A stretch of 58,495 nucleotides of DNA from an uncultured Acidobacteriota bacterium (GTDB lineage: Bacteria; Acidobacteriota; UBA6911; RPQK01; JAPXNP01), in assembly GCA_964484155.1 (NCBI GenBank), contig CAZAEY010000004.1, forward strand, positions 1-58,495. The letters are read 5' to 3'. The position numbers and the translations under genes are program-made. Under the pieces are notes generated by a model, which did not search any database, was not told the origin of the DNA, and worked only from the letters and a program-made list of their open reading frames with translations. Below, one piece after another: positions 22,506 to 30,109 of the stretch; within the stretch, counting starts at the first letter, position 1, and each line of letters begins with the position of its first letter.

Positions 22506-23891
22506 ATGTTCAAGAAGATCTTGATTGCAAACAGAGGGGAGATCGCGCTCCGGATCATTTGCGCCTGCAAGGAACTGGGCATTCCAACCGTGGCGGTATA
22601 CTCGGAAGCGGATCGGCATTCCCTCCACGTGCGTTTTGCCGACGAAGCCGTCTGCATCGGCCCGCCGCGGAGTTCGGAAAGCTACTTGAATATCCCCAGT
22701 ATCATCAGCGCCGCTGAAATCACGAATGTTGACGCCATTCATCCCGGTTACGGCTATCTTTCCGAAAATTCCCGCTTCGCCGATCTTTGCGAAAACTGCG
22801 GATTGAAGTTCATAGGTCCCAGCCCTCAGGCGATCGAGTTGATGGGCGACAAGGCGCGGGCTCGTCGTACCATGCAGGAAGTCGGTCTGCCCATCATTCC
22901 GGGTTCGGAGGCGCTTGGAGAAGAGGACTTGGAACGCGTCGGCGGGATCGTCGACGAGATCGGATTTCCGGTGATTGTCAAGGCCGCGGCCGGAGGAGGG
23001 GGTCGCGGAATGCGGATTGTTACCGAACCGAAGCACCTTCAGGAAGCGGTCTCAACCGCTCAGTCGGAGGCCCTTGGAGCGTTCGGGAGCGCTGAGGTTT
23101 ACATCGAAAAGTATCTGGTCAATCCAAAGCACATCGAGTTTCAGATTTTGGCTGACGAAGTGGGCAATGTCGTGCATTTGGGTGAAAGAGAGTGTTCGGT
23201 GCAGCGCAGACATCAGAAACTTCTGGAGGAAACGCCCAGCCCTGCTGTCACCGACGAGCAACGTCAAACGATGGGTGCCCGAGCCGTCGATGCGGTGCGC
23301 CGGATTGGATACCGTAACGCCGGGACGATGGAATTTCTGATGGATGGGGAAGGAAACTTTTATTTCATTGAGATGAATACTCGAATCCAAGTGGAGCACC
23401 CCGTGACCGAGACGGTTACCGGCATCGACATCGTCAAGGAGCAGATTCGGATCGCATCGGGTCTGGAACTCCCTTTCAGCCAGGAGCAGATCCGCTTCAA
23501 GGGCCACAGCATTGAGTGCCGGATCAACGCGGAGAATCCGGCCACTTTTCGTCCCTCGCCCGGAAGAATCACCGGTTACAATCCTCCCGGCGGCCCGGGA
23601 ATCCGGGTCGATTCGACAGCCTACCAGGATTGGGTGGTATCTCCCCATTACGATTCGATGATTGCAAAACTGGTTTCCTACGGAGGGACCCGTCGCGAGG
23701 CGATTGACCGGATGATTCGGGCTTTGGACATGTTCATCGTGGAAGGGATCGAGACGACGCTTCCGTTGCAGCGCAAGATCCTCAAGCATCCCGATTTTCA
23801 GGCCGGCCGCTATGGAACGTCCTTTATAGACGACAGCGGAATCGTGAAGGAAGCCCGGAACCGGTCGAGGGACGCGGCGCCGACAATATAA
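22506..23891 (+). CDS. accC: Biotin carboxylase
   Basis: 461 aa. [17 protein letters not shown], an ATP-grasp domain, and an accB-accC pairing. Confidence 0.97.
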   Translation: MFKKILIANRGEIALRIICACKELGIPTVAVYSEADRHSLHVRFADEAVCIGPPRSSESYLNIPSIISAAEITNVDAIHPGYGYLSENSRFADLCENCGLKFIGPSPQAIELMGDKARARRTMQEVGLPIIPGSEALGEEDLERVGGIVDEIGFPVIVKAAAGGGGRGMRIVTEPKHLQEAVSTAQSEALGAFGSAEVYIEKYLVNPKHIEFQILADEVGNVVHLGERECSVQRRHQKLLEETPSPAVTDEQRQTMGARAVDAVRRIGYRNAGTMEFLMDGEGNFYFIEMNTRIQVEHPVTETVTGIDIVKEQIRIASGLELPFSQEQIRFKGHSIECRINAENPATFRPSPGRITGYNPPGGPGIRVDSTAYQDWVVSPHYDSMIAKLVSYGGTRREAIDRMIRALDMFIVEGIETTLPLQRKILKHPDFQAGRYGTSFIDDSGIVKEARNRSRDAAPTI

Positions 23892-23912
23892 TTTCGAGAG
23901 GGCGAACCCTGA

Positions 23913-25259
23913 ATGAAAATTGAAAATCCGGGCAGGGGCAACTGGGGTTCCAGGCTGGGATTCGTTCTGGCCGCCGCGGGCTCGGCAATCGGACTCGGGA
24001 ACATTTGGGGCTTTCCCACTCAGGTGGGGCTGAACGGCGGCGCCGTGTTCGTGCTGGTGTACCTCTGCTGCGTGCTGTTGATCGGGATTCCGGTCATGAT
24101 CGCCGAGATTACGGTGGGACGGAGCGCAAAAAGCGATCCGGTCGGGGCTTTCAAAAAGCTGGCGCCTGAATCCGCGTGGAAATGGGTCGGGGTGCTGGGG
24201 GTCGTCACCGGAATGGTGATTCTCAGCTATTACAGCGTGTTGGCCGGATGGACCCTCCACTACATCTGGATGACGCTGTCAGGCGCATTTCAGGGGCTGA
24301 GCGGGCCTGAAGTTTCGGGCGTGTTTTCCGATTTCGTCGCCAACGGCCCGTACGCGATCCTACTCCATTTCTTGTTCATGGCCCTGACGGTCTGGGTGGT
24401 CACAGGAGGAATCCAGGGCGGAATCGAACGGGTGACGACGATCCTGATGCCCGTCTTGCTCGTGATCCTTTTGTTGCTGGTATTTCGAAGCGTAACTCTC
24501 CCGGGCGCCGCAGTCGGAATCGAATACTATCTGCGGCCCGACTTCAGCAAGCTCAACGTGCAGGTCGTACTGTCGGCTCTCGGACAGGCGTTCTTCTCGA
24601 TGAGTCTCGGAATGGGAGCGATGATCACCTACGGCAGCTATCTTTCGCGGAGAGAAAACATCGTCTCGTCGGCCGCCTACGTGAGCGCGGCTGACATCTT
24701 CATCGCATTTCTCGCCGGATTCGCTATTTTTCCGGCGCTGTTCGCGGTTCAGGGCCTGGCGCCGGACGCCGGACCGGGGCTCATATACATCGTCCTGCCC
24801 AACATTTTCAATCAGATCCCCTTCGGGCAGCTTTTCGGGACCGCATTTTATCTGCTCCTGAGTATCGCCGCCCTGACCTCCGCGATTTCACTGCTGGAAG
24901 TGGTCGTCGCATATCTGATCGACCAACGGGGAATCCCCCGCCGAAAAGCGGCCATGGGCGTAGGCGCGGCCGCTTTTTTGCTGGGCATCCCGAGTGCGTT
25001 GGGAAACGGTTACATCGCTATGTTCTCCGGATTTCTGGATCGGGCCGATTTTATCTTCGGGAAGGTTTCACTGGTTGTGGGCGCGCTGTTGCTTTGTCTG
25101 TTCATTAGCTGGAAATGGGGCATTTCCAACGCCTTGGAGGAAATCGAATCCGAGAACAGGAGGTTTCGACTGCGGACCGTGTGGGCCATACTGATCAGGT
25201 TCGCGTGTCCGCTCGCGATCCTTGCGATTCTGCTCCAGAACGTCATGGGGCTCTTTTAG
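23913..25259 (+). CDS. Neurotransmitter:sodium symporter (NSS/SNF) family transporter, paralog 1
   Basis: 448 aa and polytopic. Contains the N-terminal GSAIGLGNIWGFP signature. It starts 21 nt after accC. Confidence 0.9.
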   Translation: MKIENPGRGNWGSRLGFVLAAAGSAIGLGNIWGFPTQVGLNGGAVFVLVYLCCVLLIGIPVMIAEITVGRSAKSDPVGAFKKLAPESAWKWVGVLGVVTGMVILSYYSVLAGWTLHYIWMTLSGAFQGLSGPEVSGVFSDFVANGPYAILLHFLFMALTVWVVTGGIQGGIERVTTILMPVLLVILLLLVFRSVTLPGAAVGIEYYLRPDFSKLNVQVVLSALGQAFFSMSLGMGAMITYGSYLSRRENIVSSAAYVSAADIFIAFLAGFAIFPALFAVQGLAPDAGPGLIYIVLPNIFNQIPFGQLFGTAFYLLLSIAALTSAISLLEVVVAYLIDQRGIPRRKAAMGVGAAAFLLGIPSALGNGYIAMFSGFLDRADFIFGKVSLVVGALLLCLFISWKWGISNALEEIESENRRFRLRTVWAILIRFACPLAILAILLQNVMGLF

Positions 25260-25263
25260 GCCG

Positions 25264-25893
25264 ATGAGCCGCTTGCCGCTGGGCCCTCTGTATCCGTTGA
25301 CCCACCGCGGTTCGGGCCCCCCGGAGAGGCATCTGGAGCAAGCTCAGTTGTTTCTGCAGTCGGGAATTCGATTCTTTCAAGTTCGCGAAAAGGACCTGTC
25401 GGACCGGGAATTCGTGGAAATCCTGCGTCAAGTGGGGCGCGTGGCCGAGAGATTCGGCGCAAAGTGGGTGGTCAACGATCGCGTAAACCTCGCACTGGAG
25501 GCAGGAGCCTCCGGCGTGCACCTCGGCCAGCAGGACCTGCCGGTGGCGGCCGCGCGCCGGGTTCTTGGGCCCGACTCTGTTGTGGGAATCTCCACCCACA
25601 CGTTTCTGGAGTTCCAGACAGCCTGCGCGGAAGATGTGGATTATATTGCGGTAGGCCCGATTTTTCCGTCCTCAACGAAGGCCGACAAAAGACAGCCCCT
25701 GGGAGTTCACCGCCTTTCTCAATGGCGCCGCCTGACCTCGCTTCCCGTGGTCGCCATCGGTGGCATCACCCTTCAGGACGCTCCGTCCGTCTGGAACGCC
25801 GGTGCGAACGCAGTGGCCGTCATTTCCGATGTCCTTTGCCAAGCCGATCCCAAATTGCAGATTCGTCGTTATCTGGAGCGAAGCGAAGCATGA
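25264..25893 (+). CDS. thiE: Thiamine-phosphate synthase
   Basis: Contains FQVREKDL, VVNDRVNLALEAGASGVHLGQQDL, IAVGPIFPSSTK and VAIGGI. ATG at 25264 lies 4 nt after the NSS stop. The track start at 25222 overlaps the upstream gene. Confidence 0.92.
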   Translation: MSRLPLGPLYPLTHRGSGPPERHLEQAQLFLQSGIRFFQVREKDLSDREFVEILRQVGRVAERFGAKWVVNDRVNLALEAGASGVHLGQQDLPVAAARRVLGPDSVVGISTHTFLEFQTACAEDVDYIAVGPIFPSSTKADKRQPLGVHRLSQWRRLTSLPVVAIGGITLQDAPSVWNAGANAVAVISDVLCQADPKLQIRRYLERSEA

Positions 25894-27347
25894 AGACCGC
25901 CGAACGCTTCACCTCACGTTGGGGGCTGATCCTTTCAGTGATTGGAATCGCCGTGGGCACTGGCAATATTTGGCGATTTCCGCGCATCGCGGCGGCAAAC
26001 GGCGGCGGGTCGTTTCTGATCCCGTGGGTCATTTTTCTTTTTCTGTGGAGCATCCCGCTGATCATTGCCGAATTCGCCATCGGCAAAAAGACGCGTTTCG
26101 GCACAGTCGGATCGTTCGCTTCGCTTCTGGGAAAGCGATTCGCATGGATGGGGATGTTCGTCGGTTTTGTTGCGACTGCCATTCTCTTCTATTACTCGGT
26201 CGTAGCCGGCTGGTGCATTCGATATTTGATGACTGCGCTCAGCGGGCGACTTTTCAGTGTCGCCGACCACGGCGCTGACTGGACGCAGTTCGCCCAGTCG
26301 GGAACGCAGCCGGTGCTGTTTCACGTAGTCGCCCTCAGTTTGGGCGCCCTGGTCATCGCCCGGGGAGTAGTCTCAGGGATCGAACGCGTCAATCGGATCC
26401 TGATCCCCGCCCTGCTGGCCTTGATCATCGTTTCGGCCATTCGGGCCGTCACGCTCCCGGGAGCGTCGCAGGGACTGGCGTTTCTTTTCACGCCAGACTT
26501 TCAAAGTCTGCTCGATTACCGCGTCTGGCTGCAGGCCTTGACCCAGAACGCCTGGGATACGGGCGCCGGTTGGGGTCTGATTCTGACCTACGCCGTCTAC
26601 ATGAGAAAAAATGAAGACGTTCCCCTGAACGCCGCACTGATCGGTCTGGGCAACAACTCAGTTTCGCTGCTGGCCGGCATTACGGTCTTCTGCACGGTAT
26701 TCGCTCTTATCCCGCAGCAGGCTGCTGAAGTCCTTCAGACTCCAGGCCCCGCCAACACCGGTCTGACATTCATCTGGATCCCCCAACTCTTTGCGCAAAT
26801 GACAGGCGGATATTTCTTTGCCGTCGTCTTTTTTCTCGCTCTGACCTGCGCCGCTCTCAGTTCTCTAATTTCCATGCTGGAACTTGCCACGCGAGTGCTG
26901 ATGGACATGAAGCTGAGACGCCGCCAGGCGCTAATCCTCGTTTACGGCTTCGCCCTTCTGGCCGGCATCCCCTCGGCGCTCAGCCTGGATTTCTTCCTCA
27001 ACCAGGACTGGGTGTGGGGCATCGGCCTAATGATTAGCGGCGCTTTTATCTCCTTCGCCGTCATTCGAAGCGGAACGGAGCGCTTTCGACTGGAAAACAT
27101 CAATTCAGCCGGGAGTGACCTGACCGTGGGCCGCTGGTTCGACTGGATCATCCAGTACGCGATTCCCGCTCAGGTGCTGATCCTAGTCGGTTGGTGGTTC
27201 TGGCAGGTCATTCAGGCCGATCCGCAAAACTGGTGGAATCCCTTCGCACCCGAATCCGTCGGGACCTGCCTGTTCCAATGGGGCGTCATGCTGGCAATTT
27301 TCATCGCGATCAATCGCTTCGTGGCTGAAAGGACTTTAGGCAGATGA
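25890..27347 (+). CDS. NSS/SNF family transporter, paralog 2
   Basis: MKTAERFTSRWGLILSVIGIAVGTGNIWRFP. The ATG overlaps the thiE TGA (ATGA at 25890-25893). The 142-aa N-terminal extension in the track lies inside thiE and is rejected. Confidence 0.9.
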   Translation: MKTAERFTSRWGLILSVIGIAVGTGNIWRFPRIAAANGGGSFLIPWVIFLFLWSIPLIIAEFAIGKKTRFGTVGSFASLLGKRFAWMGMFVGFVATAILFYYSVVAGWCIRYLMTALSGRLFSVADHGADWTQFAQSGTQPVLFHVVALSLGALVIARGVVSGIERVNRILIPALLALIIVSAIRAVTLPGASQGLAFLFTPDFQSLLDYRVWLQALTQNAWDTGAGWGLILTYAVYMRKNEDVPLNAALIGLGNNSVSLLAGITVFCTVFALIPQQAAEVLQTPGPANTGLTFIWIPQLFAQMTGGYFFAVVFFLALTCAALSSLISMLELATRVLMDMKLRRRQALILVYGFALLAGIPSALSLDFFLNQDWVWGIGLMISGAFISFAVIRSGTERFRLENINSAGSDLTVGRWFDWIIQYAIPAQVLILVGWWFWQVIQADPQNWWNPFAPESVGTCLFQWGVMLAIFIAINRFVAERTLGR

Positions 27348-27454
27348 GCATCTTGACTTTCGCCACCATGGCCGTGGTCTTGACTGTCGTGTGGGGGGGC
27401 TTTCTGGCCGCGCTGATTGCGGCTCTCAAAAAAGAGAAGCGGAAGGATTCTTGA
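27344..27454 (+). CDS. 36-aa single-TM protein resembling the MetS-type small subunit of NSS methionine/alanine importers
   Basis: MSILTFATMAVVLTVVWGGFLAALIAALKKEKRKDS. The ATG overlaps the NSS TGA (ATGA at 27344-27347). It has a hydrophobic helix with VWGG followed by a basic tail. It is below the ORF-track length cutoff. Confidence 0.6.
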   Translation: MSILTFATMAVVLTVVWGGFLAALIAALKKEKRKDS

Positions 27455-27756
27455 GCCGGCGGATTCGGGGGTCGGCTCCGACGGAAAAGAAATCACAGGC
27501 TGGGGGCTCATTGCGGAAACAGTCGCGAATACCGCCTCGGCTGCTGCGCGGCGGTCGGTAGGGCCGAAAAAATTAGCCGGTCCCTTCACTATTCAAATTT
27601 TTTCGTGGGGCTGCTATGGTATCTTTCAGAGAGGAGGCTATGCGGGACTCGAAACGGAAGCGCCCGATCAGCGTCGACGGCCCTCAACCGGGAACCGGCG
27701 AGCGGAAACAGGGTCACGCATGAGGGGGATTCTTAGGATCTGCAGTTAATTGGCTT

Positions 27757-28443
27757 ATGAATGTTGACCTGAAGTTTTTGAAGAAAGTGGCCGTCTTCGC
27801 CGATCTGGACGAAGATACCTTGGTGCGGATTTCCAGCCTTTTCAAGGAACGGGACTATAAGAGAAGCGAAATTGTTTTCTTTGAGGAAGACACCGGCAAG
27901 TACATGTACGTCGTCAAAAAAGGCCGGGTCAAGGTTTCGCGGCTGCTTCCGAGCGGAAAGGAAATGATTCTTGCTTTTCACGAATCGGGAGAGTCTTTCG
28001 GGGAAATGGCGCTTTTGGACGGCGGCACGTCGCCGGCCAGCGTCACCGCCGTCGTTCCCACGACGATTTACGTGCTTTCCTCTTCGGACTTTCAGAATCT
28101 GCTCGCCAATCAGCAGATCAACCAGGCTCTGTTGAAAGCGCTATGTCAGCGTTGTCGGGACGCCTGGGCTCAGATTGAGATCCTGACGTTTCACAATGCC
28201 GACGCTCGCGTCCGCACGGCCCTTTATCAGCTCTGCAAGAAAAAGGGAGTTGAAGAAAACGGCGCCATCAAGATCGACATGCGCCTGACCCACAAGGAGC
28301 TGGCCGACATCACAGGAATCTCTCGCGAGACCGCGACGCGCATCCTGAGCCACCTGCAGGCTGAAGAGCTGATTCGAGTGGAAACCCGCCAGTTCATCAT
28401 TCCCGATCCCGACCGCCTCGTCGAAGAACTGCTGTTCAGTTGA
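27757..28443 (+). CDS. Crp/Fnr-family transcription regulator (cNMP-binding-like domain plus HTH)
   Basis: 228 aa with FGEMALLD in the beta-roll. The HTH is LADITGISRETATRILSHL, carrying the CRP-like R-E-x-x-x-R recognition helix. There is no N-terminal Cys cluster. Confidence 0.9.
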   Translation: MNVDLKFLKKVAVFADLDEDTLVRISSLFKERDYKRSEIVFFEEDTGKYMYVVKKGRVKVSRLLPSGKEMILAFHESGESFGEMALLDGGTSPASVTAVVPTTIYVLSSSDFQNLLANQQINQALLKALCQRCRDAWAQIEILTFHNADARVRTALYQLCKKKGVEENGAIKIDMRLTHKELADITGISRETATRILSHLQAEELIRVETRQFIIPDPDRLVEELLFS

Positions 28444-28542
28444 ATCGCCCGCGCCTCTGATTGCGACTGGGCGAACTCGCGGGGAAACCGCCCCCTCATG
28501 CCAGATTGGTCAACCCATCTCGCTTGATGGGACGGTTCGCGC

Positions 28543-28558
28543 TGTGACGTCCCTCACA
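28543..28558. promoter_or_regulatory. Perfect CRP-type palindrome TGTGA-CGTCCC-TCACA
   Basis: Read directly. It lies ~100 nt after the Crp-family gene stop and 38 nt before the minor-pilin ATG. The -10-like TACTAT at 28581-28586 starts 30.5 bp from the centre. Confidence 0.6.
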
Positions 28559-28595
28559 TAGCTTGCGAAACTCCCTTTGCTACTATCTCGTTGTC

Positions 28596-29054
28596 ATGCG
28601 CCCGAAAAACGCCCGTGGGTACACTTTCGTCGAACTGCTGATCGTACTGGCCGCCGGAGTGGTCATCGCGTCGGTTGCGGTCCCGCAGGTGCAACAGTCT
28701 CTCAGCGTCTATCGGCTGTCGAGCTCCGCCTCTCGGCTGGCGTCGGAACTCGATTTCGCCCGCACCCTGGCGATGTCCAGAAACGCCGTATTTCAGGTCT
28801 CATTCAATTCCGCCGACCGGACGTTTCAGATCTTTGATGAGGCCGATCTCGATCACCCGCCCCGCTCGGCGCATCGATTGGAAGCTGGCATTCAATTCGT
28901 GAGCCCTCCCGCGCAGATCCGCTTTTTCTCGCGGGGACATGCCGAGCAAGGCGAGGTAACCTTGTCCGACGGCTGGGGCAGTTTCATCACGATCGAAGTG
29001 TCGCCTTCAGGTCTGGTTCGGCAGGGAAACGTTGAATCAAATGAAGCCTACTAA
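28596..29054 (+). CDS. GspH/FimT-like minor (pseudo)pilin
   Basis: MRPKNARG|YTFVELLIVLAAG is a prepilin leader with Glu at +5. LASELDFARTLAMSRN is typical of GspH/FimT. Confidence 0.8.
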   Translation: MRPKNARGYTFVELLIVLAAGVVIASVAVPQVQQSLSVYRLSSSASRLASELDFARTLAMSRNAVFQVSFNSADRTFQIFDEADLDHPPRSAHRLEAGIQFVSPPAQIRFFSRGHAEQGEVTLSDGWGSFITIEVSPSGLVRQGNVESNEAY

Positions 29055-29475
29055 ATCCGGCCAGAGCGCGTTCACTCTGCTGGAAGCGCTTTTCGCCATT
29101 CTCATCCTAGGCGTCAGCCTGCTCGGTCTGGGACATCTGATGATAGTTTCGATGGAACTCAACCAAGCGGCCGACTACCGAACGAAGGCGACGGAACTTG
29201 CTCAAGCGAAACTGGAGGAGCTGCAGGCCCAGTTCACCGTGCAGATGGCGAGCGGCCAGTCGTCGGGGGATTTGGCGGACGGTTCCCATGGTCCGGAGAA
29301 AATCGAACTGACGATTCCTGAAGGCGTCGACCAGGCACAGCGCAGCTTTCTGGTGAATTGGGACGTCGTCTCCTTGGGAGGAGGGCTCAAGGGCGTGACG
29401 GTCGAAGTTCGTCCGGAATTCGAAAGGTTTCGAGTCACAAGAACAGTGAGTCTGGAAACGTATCTATCGCCATGA
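29041..29475 (+). CDS. PilV-like minor pilin
   Basis: MKPTKSGQSAFTLLEALFAILILGV is a prepilin-type N-terminal helix. ATG at 29041 overlaps the upstream gene by 14 nt (the track uses TTG at 29032). Confidence 0.75.
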   Translation: MKPTKSGQSAFTLLEALFAILILGVSLLGLGHLMIVSMELNQAADYRTKATELAQAKLEELQAQFTVQMASGQSSGDLADGSHGPEKIELTIPEGVDQAQRSFLVNWDVVSLGGGLKGVTVEVRPEFERFRVTRTVSLETYLSP

Positions 29476-30101
29476 ATTGCGACAATCGCGGATTCTCAAT
29501 TTTGGAAATGATGGTGGCGACTCTGGTGTTTACGTTGCTGCTGATCCCCATTCTGATGCTGTTCAACCAGGGTCAGTTTACATTTCGCAGCCAGGGCGAC
29601 CACGTTTCAAACGCCAGGCACCTTCGGATGGCGATGAACACGATGACCCGTTACTTGCGACAGGCTGGGAGCGACCCGACGCAGCAGCTCCTGGCGCCCC
29701 CGATTGAGCCGCTTCAGGAGGGCCAGTTTCGCATCAACAGCGATTTGACCGGCAGCGTTCCGAGCACGACCGGAAATGCGAAGGAAGCCAGCGGCGACCC
29801 GGACGGGACCCTGAACAGTATTTTCGAACAGGTTGTCATCCGTTTCGACTCCGCCTCCGAACAGCTGTTTATCGATATCGGATATGGCGAAGAGATCCTG
29901 GCAGAGAGAATTTCCGATTTTCAGGTTGAATTCCTGACCCACACGGGTGAAATCACTGCGGACCCGGAACAGATCGCCAGAGTCCGATTGACGATGACGG
30001 GACGGGGCGAGAAGCCGGATCTGCAAACTGGTCATGTTGCAGCCGCGACGCTGGTTTCCGAAGTGTTCGTTCGCAGCCGGCTCTTCCAGTTTATGGAGTA
30101 A
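29472..30101 (+). CDS. PilW-like minor pilin
   Basis: MNCDNRG|FSILEMMVATLVF is a canonical G/F-x-x-x-E cleavage motif. The ATG overlaps the upstream TGA (ATGA). Confidence 0.78.
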   Translation: MNCDNRGFSILEMMVATLVFTLLLIPILMLFNQGQFTFRSQGDHVSNARHLRMAMNTMTRYLRQAGSDPTQQLLAPPIEPLQEGQFRINSDLTGSVPSTTGNAKEASGDPDGTLNSIFEQVVIRFDSASEQLFIDIGYGEEILAERISDFQVEFLTHTGEITADPEQIARVRLTMTGRGEKPDLQTGHVAAATLVSEVFVRSRLFQFME

Positions 30102-30109
30102 CCCTTATT

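Noticed and set aside
23052-24260. 402-aa minus-strand ORF across the accC/NSS junction
   Set aside because: It is antisense to two well-supported genes and has no recognisable domain.
23892-25263. A TPP riboswitch controlling thiE
   Set aside because: The gaps before NSS1 (21 nt) and thiE (4 nt) are too short, and no CUGAGA / ACCUGAUCUGGAUAAUGCCAGCG-like elements are seen upstream of accB.
25464-25889. 142-aa N-terminal extension of the second NSS transporter in the ORF track
   Set aside because: It lies in an alternative frame inside thiE and is Arg/Gly/Pro-rich. The internal ATG at 25890 gives a canonical NSS N-terminus and an ATGA overlap with thiE.
27638-27721. 27-aa ORF (MRDSKRKRPISVDG...) with a nearby GAGGAGG upstream of the Crp-family gene
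   Set aside because: The SD-like sequence is only 2 nt from the ATG. The peptide has no features, and there is no way to support it from sequence alone.
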